Shown here: positions 52,253-62,010 of the stretch, piece after piece
Layout of the letters: every line of letters starts with the position of its first letter
Numbering within the stretch: position 1 is the stretch's first letter
Assembly (NCBI GenBank): GCA_013416795.1
Contig: RQSC01000026.1
Span: 383,586 to 447,585 of the forward strand
Direction of reading: 5' to 3'
Origin: Prasinococcaceae sp. CCMP 1430
Taxonomy: Eukaryota; Plantae; Prasinodermophyta
Length of the DNA stretch: 64,000 nt
The notes under the pieces: model-generated
Seen by the model: the letters and a program-made list of their open reading frames with translations, nothing else
Database searches by the model: none
Told to the model about the DNA's origin: nothing
Made by a program: the position numbers and the translations under genes

Positions 52253-53610
52253 TCACAGTGTGTGCTCGATGGCCTCCATCGCCGCGCCCAGTGCCTGGGT
52301 CACGGTCGCAGCCACCACGCTGCCGCTGGAGGCGTCGCCGTCGTACGAGAGCGCCACGAAGCAGCTGGCCACCGACGTCGCGAAGAGCCACGCCCACGCC
52401 GGTGCGGGCAGCGCGTCGGAAGCGGCGTCGAAGCCGCGCGGACGCCAGTCGGCGCGCAGAACGCCGCTCGCGGACCGCCTCTCCCAACGCTTGAGGCGCT
52501 CGGCCTCCGACTTGTAGATTCGGCGTCCCTCGGCATCAAACCATCGCCCACGGCGCGCCCACGCGCCGAGAATGGCGCCGGCGATGCGGAAGGGGGTGAG
52601 GTAGGCGATGTGCGACGACGGCGCGCGCGCCTCGCGGATGCGCGGCACGAGCGCGCGCGCCACCGTCTCGGGCTGTTCGCAGATGACGTTGAACGCCTGC
52701 CGCATCTCGGGCGTTGTGTCGCGAAGCAGGAGGTCGGTGAGCACCATGCCCGGGCTCACCGAGTGGATGCCCACGCGCTCGGCCAGCCCCGCGGCGTGGA
52801 TCTCGTTCACCAGTGTCTTTTTCAGCTGCATCATTCCCGCCTTGGTCGCGCCGTACGCGGCCGTGCCTGGGCTGGCGGAGCCGTCGCCGCCGCGCCCCGT
52901 CAGGTTGAAGACGTGGCCGCCGCCGCCCTCCTGATCCCGCATGAGCTCCGCTGCCGCCTTAGTGCACAGCATTGCGCCCAGGAGGTTGGTCCCGGAGACG
53001 CCCGCCAGCTCTTTCCCCGTGCATTGGAGCAGCGGCTTGTTGCCCGGATTGAAGCCGGCGTTGTTGACCCACACGTCCACACGACGGACGCGCGCCTTGA
53101 CGGCGCGCGCGAGCGCTTCCACGTCGGTGGGGTTCGCCACGTCGCAGCACAGGCCGTAGATGGCGCCCGCGTCGACGTCCTCGAGCGCGCGCAGCTCGGC
53201 CACGGCGGCCTTGAGCGACTCGCGCGTGCGCGAGACGATGACGACGGTGTCGCCCCGCAGCGCGAACTCGCGCGCGAGCGCCTTGCCGAGCCCGCGCGAC
53301 GCGCCGGTCACGACCACGCTCAGCCCGCCTGCCGGCTGCTGCGCGAGGCGCGAGGTGCCATCGGCGAGCCACGCGAGCGCGTGCGCCACGACCAGCGCGC
53401 CGCCCAGTCCGTACCCACCCCAGAACGTCTCTGTGACGCCGAGCAGCGCGCCGCCCGCGCACAGCGTCGTCGCCGCCTGGGCCAGCTTCTGCGTGCTCTC
53501 GCGCCGGCGCTCCCTCGCATACTCCTCGATCGCGCCGCCGTGGTCGGCGCCCGCCTCGCTCGCGGCCCGCCCGGCTCCCGCGCGCCTCGCGACGTGGCCG
53601 GGGCGCGCCG
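52253..53610 (-). CDS. NYC1: Chlorophyll(ide) b reductase NYC1-like SDR (start in or near the N-gap)
   Basis: VTGASRGLG, VWVNNAG, GHVFNL.G.G.DG, YGATK, SPGMVLTDLLL, CEQPETVA, YLTPFR, and the NYC1-type RWFDAEGRRIYKSEAERL followed by a TM tail. Confidence 0.88.
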
Positions 53611-53811
53611 NNNNNNNNNNNNNNNNNNNNNNNNNNNNNNNNNNNNNNNNNNNNNNNNNNNNNNNNNNNNNNNNNNNNNNNNNNNNNNNNNNNNNNNNNN
53701 NNNNNNNNNNNNNNNNNNNNNNNNNNNNNNNNNNNNNNNNNNNNNNNNNNNNNNNNNNNNNNNNNNNNNNNNNNNNNNNNNNNNNNNNNNNNNNNNNNNN
53801 NNNNNNNNNNN
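53611..53811. other. Assembly gap (N run) at the NYC1 5' end
   Basis: Run of N. Confidence 1.
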
Positions 53812-54187
53812 CGGCGCGCGCCTCCCCCCCCGCCCCCGAAACGCACCCCGAACCCGCAACCCTTCCCACATCTGAATGCAAATCAAACAGAGACCCTACA
53901 TTTGTAAAACCCCAAATACGAGCCGCCTCGCGGGCGCGCGCGCGCGAAAACGCCCCCGCACCGGGAAAAGCGCGCGCCCAGCGTTCGCGCGCGCGCGCGC
54001 GCTTTTTGCCCCATGGGGACACGCAAACAGCCAAACACGCGCACGCGCGTGACGTGGAGTTTTCGGACTGGCAAATTTCAAAAATCGAATCGCAAACCTG
54101 AACCCGAAGCGCGCGCGCGCGCGCCCCGACGGCGCGGCGCTCCGCGCGTCCGAACCATCTGAAACGCCGACACGCGTCCCGCGTGTG

Positions 54188-54625
54188 AAACCCTATGACA
54201 CGAATAACCCCAATTGCGTCGGAGGGAGCGATGGCGGGTGGCGGGGCGAAGGGGCACGCACTCACAGACAGCGGCGCGGGGGTGCCGCTGTTCGAGGCGG
54301 GGGGCGCAGGGAGGTGCCGCCGAGCGGCAGTGAGGGGCCGAGTTGATCGACGTGGCGCGCGCTGGGGCCGCCGCCTGCGCCCGCGCCGCGGCACGGCGCT
54401 GACGAGGCCCGGAGCTCCGCGAGGCGAGGTGTCAAGGCGCGTGCCGCGGGGCGGTGACGGTGGCGCTGTCGTGCGATTGACGTGCGTTTTTTTGACGTCA
54501 GGCAGCGTCAGACAGAGAGGGCTCAGGCGGGCGTGTGACCGTGACGTGACGACAGTCTGTGACGCGCATTTGGGGTTGTTGTGATGGTACAGTACGCGGC
54601 ACCATCTGATGGTAGGATAGGGTTT
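54188..54625. promoter_or_regulatory. Telo-box motifs (AAACCCTA/TAGGGTTT) and a TGAC-motif cluster between NYC1 and TBCA
   Basis: AAACCCTA at 54188-54195, TAGGGTTT at 54618-54625, and repeated TGACG/TGACC at 54477-54566. Confidence 0.35.
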
Positions 54626-54963
54626 CGTATATCGGTCATTTGATCTGAGTTTGAATGGAATTCTACGCGGTGTGGTTCGGGTTTGGTTTTGGGAACGCGC
54701 GGGGCCGGGCCGGCGCGCCAGATTCGGATGCGTCCGCGGCGGCGAGGCGGGAGCGCGAAAGAGCCAGTCTTTTTCCCGGTCAACGCGAACGTAGGAACGA
54801 AAGAAGGAGAGCCGATGTCAGTTCGGACTCGGGAATTAGTGCCGGGTGGGGGCGGACGCGTGTTTTCGAAGCGAGGCCGGGCGCCAGCCGGCCAACCAGC
54901 GCCGAGTGCCACACCGCGCGCGGCGACGAGAGCGATCGGCCGGTGGGTGGGGTGGCTCAGCGA

Positions 54964-54985
54964 GGGGGGGGGGGGGGGGGGGGGG
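54964..54985. repeat. Poly-G homopolymer upstream of TBCA
   Basis: Seen directly. Confidence 0.95.
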
Positions 54986-55081
54986 CGCAGACGTTCGGGC
55001 GGAGGCGGCGGCTGCGGAGGCGGTCGGTGCGGGCGAGGCGGCCGGCAGGGGCGTGCGGGCGAGCGGGCGGTGGCGGCGGCC

Positions 55082-55801
55082 ATGGCGGACGCCGCCAAGG
55101 CGCTGCGCATCGTGGCGGGGTCGCTCAAGCGCACCACCAAGGAGCTCGCGGCGTACCACAAGGAGAAGGTGAGTGCTCGCTTGAGGGAGATGGGGTCGCG
55201 CGTGGAGCGCGCGAGCGCGACGAGCGCAGCAGCCGGACACCGCTGGAGCGTGTGCGCACGCCAACGGGAGGAGGTGTGCGGCGCATTGCTGCGGCGACCA
55301 CGCGCGCTCTGACGGCGCCCGCCCGCCCGCCCGCCCGTCGCGCGCGCGCGCGCGCAGGCCGCAGAGGAGGAGAAGATCGAGAGCATGAAGGCCGCTGGCG
55401 CCGACGCGCACGACATCAAGCAGCAGCAGAACGTGCTCGGCGAGACTCTCATGATGATCCCTGACTGCACCACTCGGCTGAGGGGCACGCTCGAGCACAC
55501 TGAGGACACCATCGTGCGTGCGCGCCTCGCGGCTGCCGCATCGGGGCCGTGCTGGAGCGCGGGAGCGCGAGCGCGCCGGCGGCGCCGCCGCGCGCTGCGT
55601 TCGCACGACGGCTGACTCGACGCGCGCGCGCGCGCCCCCGCTCTCGTGCGCGCTCGCCCGCGGCGCCTCGTCGCTCGCCTGGCGATCGGCGACCCGCAGG
55701 CCGAGCACGAAGGCGACGTCGATGCTGAGAGCGAGGAGCTCGCCGCCGCAAAGGAGGCCGTCGAAGCTGCCAAGGCCGCCCTAGGGGACGAGGAGGAGTA
55801 G
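55082..55801 (+). CDS. TBCA: Tubulin-folding cofactor A, 3 exons
   Basis: LRIVAGSLKRTTKELAAYHKE, DAHDIKQQQNVLGETLMMIPDC..RL. Introns 55169-55357 and 55514-55699. Confidence 0.93.
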
Positions 55802-55983
55802 TGGACGCGGCGGCGCGAGCGAGCGACCGCCGCGCGAGCTCGGGCAAAATCCGTTTCCGAACATTTTCGCCGCAAGAGCGCTCACGCATGCTGGGGAGCG
55901 CGTTGGAGGGGGTGCGCGCAGGCTGGCCGCGCGCGCGGCCCCGCGCGCCGAGCGAGCACGTTCTCGTCCAGGTCGTGTGTTTC

Positions 55984-57140
55984 TTACGACGATGGATGTC
56001 GCCTCTGCGGCCTTTCTGGCACGGGCACGATGCTGTCCGCGTTGCTGTCCTCGCCGGTTATGATGTTGAACGCCTGGCAGCTCTTCTTCTCGTACAGGTT
56101 GCGGGCGCGCATGGCGCCGCGGTAGCGCACGCAGTCATCCTGGAACTTGAGCTCCGCGCCCTCGGTGGTGTCGTTGTAGCGTAGTGTGATGGGGTTGTAG
56201 TCCACGCTCGACGTGTTGTTTCTGGCGACGTTGCGCTCCTGCAGCCTTCTCGCAGCATCAGCGTCCCGTCTGGCCTCGTCCTGCGGCGCGAGCGCGTGCA
56301 CGGCGGGCGCGCGCTCGAGTCAGTACCGCTGCTCCCTCTGACAGGCTGCCACTTTCGTAATCGCCGTAAAAGGCGCGCGCACACACACGTGCGTGCGCGC
56401 ACACCGAGCAGCCGCAGCGATGCCGCGGACGACCCGTGGGCGAGCCGCCGAGTGCGTGCGGCGCGCGCGAGCACGGAGTGGGAGAGCCCGCGCATCGACC
56501 TCAAGGCCGCGGACGAAATCGCACGCGTTCGCACCCCGCATCCTCCTCACCTGCCGCGCTTGATAGCGTGCCTGCTCTCTGTTGTAAGTGTCTTGACGCT
56601 TGCGCGCGTACTTGATCTGTCTGTCGAGCATGCGGCCGATGTTCTCGGCGTGCTCGACCTTGGCCATGTCCCGCGTGAAGCGCTCGCGATCGTCCATGTA
56701 CGACAGCGACTCCTCATCAGGCCTCACGGGATCCTGGTGCACCTCGGCGCGCCAGTGTGATTCTCGCCGCGATGCGAGGCGCGTCTGCGGGTGGGGTGGG
56801 AAGAGGGAGTGCGCATGCAGCCGGTCAAGAAGCGCCAGGGGTGGGACGCGGGTCAGCGAGTCGGTGTTGCAAACACCAGTTGTGCGGGTGAAGCCGGGAG
56901 GCGCGATGCGTGTCGCGTCGCGAGCATGGGTGCCAGGGCGGACGTGACTACGGGCGGGCGCACCTTCTCAAGTGAGTCCTTGTTCGCTGGCCGCTTGAAC
57001 GACTCGCGTGTGCGCTCAATGGGCTGGGTGCCGACGAACGGGTAGCCAAACGGCGGCGGTGGAGGGCGCTGCCGCCGCTGCGGCAGGAAGTCACCGTGCG
57101 GACTCGATGACCGCTCCGAGGGCGCACCCCGGCGGCTCAT
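55984..57140 (-). CDS. Hypothetical protein with YNPITL/FNIITGE motifs, 3 exons
   Basis: Exons 57140-56964, ~56734-56551 and 56280-55984, joined by GTGCGC/GTGAGG..AG introns. Coiled coil followed by DYNPITLRY and AFNIITGE. The exon 2 acceptor is uncertain. Confidence 0.65.
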
Positions 57141-57343
57141 GGCGCCACCGCACGCTGCCGCCGCCGCCTCTGCCTCTGCCACGCGCCGTGCGTGCTGGCA
57201 CTCCCGCGGCGCCGCGGCGTCGCGGCGCTGCTGCGCGCAGCGCGAGGCGCGAGGCGCAGAGTGCCAGGCAGTCCCCAGCCCCCCCCCCCTCCCCCTGCTA
57301 GAGCGCGCCTCTCTCGCACGTGCGCGTTCTGCCGCGCGCCCAG

Positions 57344-57389
57344 CCAACCGACCAACCACCCAACCAACCAACCAACAAACCAACCAACC
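57344..57389. repeat. Imperfect (CCAA)n microsatellite
   Basis: ccaaccgaccaaccacccaaccaaccaaccaacaaaccaaccaacc. Confidence 0.85.
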
Positions 57390-57745
57390 TCACCCTCGCT
57401 CTCACCCCGCCGCAACTCTCCACCCCCTTCACCCCCTAGCTGCCCGCCTGCCCACGCCCACGCGCGCGCGTGTGTGCCCGCGCACACACCCACGCACGCG
57501 TGCGTGCGCGCGCTCTGGTTCATACCCGCGTCAGCCTGCTGACACCACCCCGCGCATCGCATGCTCCGCGCTGCCAGCCGCATCGGCTTGTATCGATGCT
57601 TGCATGTGCACGTACAGTACAGTCCCCAACCCCAACCCCGGACACCGCCGCGAGCACTGAATACCACGTCATCACGACGTCGTATGTAAACCCTCATACT
57701 TACCTCAATACAGCCGCACACGCAGCAAAGCACGGCACAGGAGAG

Positions 57746-58130
57746 GGCCGTTGGGAGGGACCGGGCAGCGCCGGCTGCCCGCGCGCGCCCACGGGCGACA
57801 ATTTTTTCCGGATTCCGTACAAAGCGCGCATTCCCAGATAATTCCATGGAATCCGTGGAATCCATGACGTCAGAACGCAACTGAGGACGGGAGCCGCCGT
57901 CCGTGGGTGGTCGCGGAGCGGCAGTCGTCGCGCTCCGCTCCGCGCGATTTTTGTCTCTTTTTTTTTCCCATCGCTTCCAGGCATGGCCGAAGAAGTGCGT
58001 CGCCGGCCTCACCGACCGCCTTTTTTTTTTTTTTTTTGGCGCCGCGCCCGCAGCGGCGCGCGCATGTTTTTTTCGCGCGCGCCGCGCGCGCGACATTTTC
58101 CGCGTACAATTTTGTATTCCGACCGTTGGT
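57746..58130. promoter_or_regulatory. Two MSA-like (YCYAACGGYY) elements upstream of NUF2
   Basis: Minus-strand CCCAACGGCC at 57746-57755 and ACCAACGGTC at 58121-58130, upstream of a mitotic gene. Confidence 0.4.
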
Positions 58131-58413
58131 TGGTTGGTCGGGGGCATCGCGCGCGTCGGAGGTCAAACAATATGTGGTGCGCGCGCCCGCCGCGGGCCGA
58201 ACCGACGGACAGGCGCGCATTTCGGTGCGCGCGCGCCGCAGGGTGGGGCGCGCAGAGGGAGCGTGTTTGAAAGCGTCGCCCGGGCGGACGCGCGCCACCC
58301 GGGGGGGCGAACGCGTGGGTGGGGTGGGGGTGGGGGTGGGGGCGGCACACCGCGCGCGGCGCAGCGACGCGGTGGCGCGGCGCGCGTGCGCGAGCGCCGC
58401 AGCGAGCGCCGCG

Positions 58414-59772
58414 ATGACGCCCAGCGCCGCGTACTCCTTTCCGGTGCTCTCCAACGCGGAGATCCTTGCCTGCCTGGCGGAGCTGGATGTGCCCGCCGAT
58501 GAGGCCGCGCTGACCAGGCCCACGGCCGAGACGGTGCGCCCCATGATGGAGGCGCTCGTGCACCTGCTCGCGGGCACGTCTCGCGAGGAGCTCGCGACGC
58601 CCAGCGCGGACGCTATGGACGTCCTCGAGTTCCCCGAGTTGCACGAAGACAGTATCCCGCGCCAGGCGTTCTCGCGCGCGCTTCTGAGCCTCATGCGCGC
58701 TGCGGGCGTGCCGGACTTCTCGGTACGCGAGCTGGTGAAGCCAGACTACCAGCGGCTGCGCCGTTCACTCTCGGCGGTCATCAACTTCGCGAAGTTTCGC
58801 GAGGAGTCGCTCGCCTCGTATCAGGAGCTGCAGGAGAGCAGCGAAGGCGTCGAGCAGCGCCGCGCCCAGCTGCGCGCCGAGGCGGAGGCGCTGGCAGAGC
58901 GCCGCCGCGCGCAGCTCGACGCGCGGAGGGCCGAGGAGGCCGACGTCGAGGCGGTCCAGGCCCAGTGCGATGAGCTGGCGGCCAAGGTGGCCGCGATGAA
59001 CAAGGCGCAGGCCAAGCTGCAGGGGGAGGTGCGCGCGCTCAAGGCGCAGGGAGTGGACGCGGCGGACAGGCTGAAGGCGGACAAGGCTGCGTTGGAGGAG
59101 GCCGCCAGCACCCAGAGTGAGCTCGAGTCCCAGATTGTGACGAGCCCTGAGAAGCTGAAGGCGGAGCTGGAGAAGCTCGCGCAGAAGGCCGACGAGGAGC
59201 GTGCGGGGACGGCAGAAGCGCATGAGCGCGCCAAGGCGCTTCACCTGCAGCTCGAAGCCCTCTCGCGGGCCGAGGAGGACATCGCCAAGGCGGTGCAGGC
59301 CATGGACGAGGCGCAGGCGGAGGTGAGCCGCCACAAGGGCGTGGCGCGCCAGGTGAAGGACGTCAAAGCTGCCCTCAAGGTCGCGGAGGACGAGAGCTGG
59401 GAGCTTGAGGCGGAGGAGCAGCAGCTTGGCCGTCAGCACGCCAGCACCACCGACAAACTGCAGCGCCTGGAGAATGCTGCGAGCGTGAAGCGTGACCAGG
59501 CAGCGGCGTACGTCGTGTCCATGGAGGAGGCCAAGGCGGCTGCGGAGGCGAGCATCGCCAAGGACAAGGCGCGCGTGGCCGCCGCCGAGCAGGCCGCAGT
59601 CGAGGCGCGCCACGCGGCCGCGCAACTGGTCGCCGAGCACGCGGAGGACATGGAGGCCATCGTGGCCAAGTATGACACGCTGCGTGGCCAGGTCGACGCC
59701 TACCACGCCAGCCTCGCCGAGGCCATGCGCAGCGCGCCCGTGGCTGCGACGCCCGCGTCGGTTGGCGCGTAG
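58414..59772 (+). CDS. NUF2: Kinetochore protein Nuf2
   Basis: YSFPVLSNAEILACL, LEFPELHEDSI, DFSVRELVKP, LSAVINFAKFREE, then a long coiled coil. Confidence 0.95.
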   Translation: MTPSAAYSFPVLSNAEILACLAELDVPADEAALTRPTAETVRPMMEALVHLLAGTSREELATPSADAMDVLEFPELHEDSIPRQAFSRALLSLMRAAGVPDFSVRELVKPDYQRLRRSLSAVINFAKFREESLASYQELQESSEGVEQRRAQLRAEAEALAERRRAQLDARRAEEADVEAVQAQCDELAAKVAAMNKAQAKLQGEVRALKAQGVDAADRLKADKAALEEAASTQSELESQIVTSPEKLKAELEKLAQKADEERAGTAEAHERAKALHLQLEALSRAEEDIAKAVQAMDEAQAEVSRHKGVARQVKDVKAALKVAEDESWELEAEEQQLGRQHASTTDKLQRLENAASVKRDQAAAYVVSMEEAKAAAEASIAKDKARVAAAEQAAVEARHAAAQLVAEHAEDMEAIVAKYDTLRGQVDAYHASLAEAMRSAPVAATPASVGA

Positions 59773-59888
59773 GAAGGAGGCGCCTGCTCGCAGAGTAGAA
59801 GACAGCGTGCGCAGTGGCCGAAAAGCCCACCGCCACCCCTGCGTTACTGATACTGCACCGTAGCAGACGTAAGGCCATCTGTGACATA

Positions 59889-61546
59889 TCAACAAGGGGG
59901 TGCGCCCGCAGCAGGCGGGTGCTCGCGGTCGAGCGGCGCTGCGCTCAGAACGGTCTGCTCGCCCGGCCGGAAGCCTACTGGGACCGCCTCACCGTGCAGG
60001 TACGGCCGTGTCCCGCTCGCACACCTCCAAGCGTCGCGATAGAGCTTCGGCCACAGCCCCTGTGGGAATGCAGTCGCGCGGGGTCGCGCGTGTTAGTAAG
60101 AGCTTGCACGTCGCACTGTGTGCGCCCCTGCACGTCCGCGCGCGTAGAGCCGGAGCATTGAGCGAGGAGGTGATGGAGGGCACCGGAAGGCAGCGACGGC
60201 GCGCAGCGACCGGCATTGCGCACCTCGGAAGAGTGGCCACCGTGCGCAATGCCCTCACCGCCCGCGAGAAACTCCTCCGCTGACATCCAACGCGCGCCCT
60301 CGAGCTCCGTTTCGCATGGCGAGACAGGCGGCGGCGCCAGCGCGCTGCCCGCGGCACTTGGCTCGGGCTGGGCCCTTAGTACGCACAGAAAGAACATGTC
60401 GTCCTTTTGCGCGACATGCGTGCCCAGCGCACGGCGCATCGCCACCACGCCCTCGAAATGCGCGCGCACCCCTGTCTCCTCAAACACCTCGCGCGCAGCC
60501 GCTGCATCGACCTCCTCGTTGAGCTTTGCGCGTGCGCATGCGTCAGGGACAGGCGTGACGACGCACGCGCGGAGGGCGGGCGTGGCATGTACAGGCGGGC
60601 GAGCGCTCCCGCACCTCGGCGAGACCCGTCACCAGCTTCCAGCCACGACCGGCCGCTGGACCACGCCGCTCGCGAACGACGAGCACGCTGTCCTCGCACA
60701 CGACCAGCGCGCCCACGCCCACGTGCGAGCTGGCGGCGGGCGGGAGCGTGTTGACCTCGCCCTCGGGCAGCCAGCGCGACATCATGACAAAGTCTGCAGT
60801 CGTGTCGGGCGCAAAGTTGCCGTAGGTTCCCGTTGCTTGCGCGTCAGTACAGCTTCCTCGCGGGTGCAAGCGAGACAGGTGGGCAACACGAGCAAGCGCT
60901 AGCTAGACGAGCGCGAGCTGCGCAATTTGGTCGCACGTGTCGTGTCTCCGCAGGCGTGCGCGCGCACGCACCGCGCTCAGCGTGGTGGAAGGCGAAGGCG
61001 CGCTCAGCGGCGACAGGCACGAGCGCGGCGTGCTCGAGGCCAATGCGAAGCCACGCACCGCGCACAGCCTCGCGCTTCCACGCGCTCAGGCTAGCGTCGA
61101 GCGCCGCGCCGAAGGTCGCAGCGTCGGCAGCCAGCGCGCCTGCAGCGGATACATCCACCGTCACGCCGCCATACGCGTCGGCTGTCGCTGGCAGCTCGGA
61201 GCCCTGCGTTGGTGCAGCAGATTGAGTTGCTGCAGAACCGAGGTGGTGATTGTGTTGCGCGACGGGGTCGAGTCAGAGAAAGGGGGCGAGGGAGCGAGCG
61301 GCGTGCACGATGTGCGTAGAGTGCGGTCTCCGCGTGCTTGCATGCGTGCACATTCGCACCAGTTGCTGCGCGCGCGAGCGCACCCGCACCAGCACCTGCG
61401 CCCACCGCCGCCACCGCAACCACGCCGCCGCCGCCGCCGCCGCTGCCCATCGCCGCTGCTGCCGCTGCGCCGCTCGCGCGCCCCCCCCCGCCACGCCGCC
61501 CTGTTGCCCCCGCTGCCGCGCGCCCCAGAGCGCGTGCGAGGAGCAT
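59889..61546 (-). CDS. NUDT6-like Nudix hydrolase, 5 exons, probably organelle-targeted
   Basis: DAYGGVTVD, GAWLRI, FHHAER|DFVMMSRWL, SHVGVGA, WKLVTGLAE|..AAAREVFEETG. Introns 61359-61230, 60971-60794, 60614-60524 and 60223-60060. The start and last exon are less certain. Confidence 0.85.
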
Positions 61547-62010
61547 GCGCCCGTCCGTCACCACGCGCCGCGCTCGCACTGTGGGGCGCGCACTCTCGCG
61601 CATGTGTGTGGTCCACGCGCGCACACGCGCGCCCACCGCGAGTGGATCGAATGACCAGGTTACCCCAAGCATGTACCCGAAATTGGAAATCTGTTTTCCC
61701 CGGTGATTCTGCGTTTCAGACCCGGTCTGCGCTTGTTGTGAATTGACGGTTGTGTCGGGGCGTTGAGGCGAACGGACTTGTGGCCACCAACATCAACAGC
61801 TGCCACGCGTGCACAGGGCAGGGGCGGCACAGGCGCAGGGCACGCGAGCGCAGTAGGCACGAGGGCAGCGGGTACGGGCGCACGCCGGAGCGTTGATGCA
61901 TTGTGTTTACGATACATGCTGTAGGCAATGCCAAAATGAATAGAGTGCGCGCGGGTGGGGGAGGAGAACCGCCTCCTGAGCCGAGCCGGCTCGGCGTTGC
62001 GGCGCTCCAC

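Noticed and set aside
54585-54650. GTGATGG...CTGA...CTGA, a snoRNA-like layout
   Set aside because: The C box is imperfect, no target is recognisable, and it lies in a promoter-like region.
57531-57676. GTGATGA...CTGA pair on the minus strand (possible second snoRNA)
   Set aside because: The spacing is long, there is no recognisable rRNA guide, the terminal stem is weak, and the CTGA is part of a GCTGAC branch-like motif.
57696-57705. ATACTTACCT, identical to the U1 snRNA 5' end
   Set aside because: No U1 stem-loops or Sm site follow. It is better read as a consensus donor (GAG|GTAAGTAT) on the minus strand, probably a 5'UTR intron of the 55984-57140 gene.
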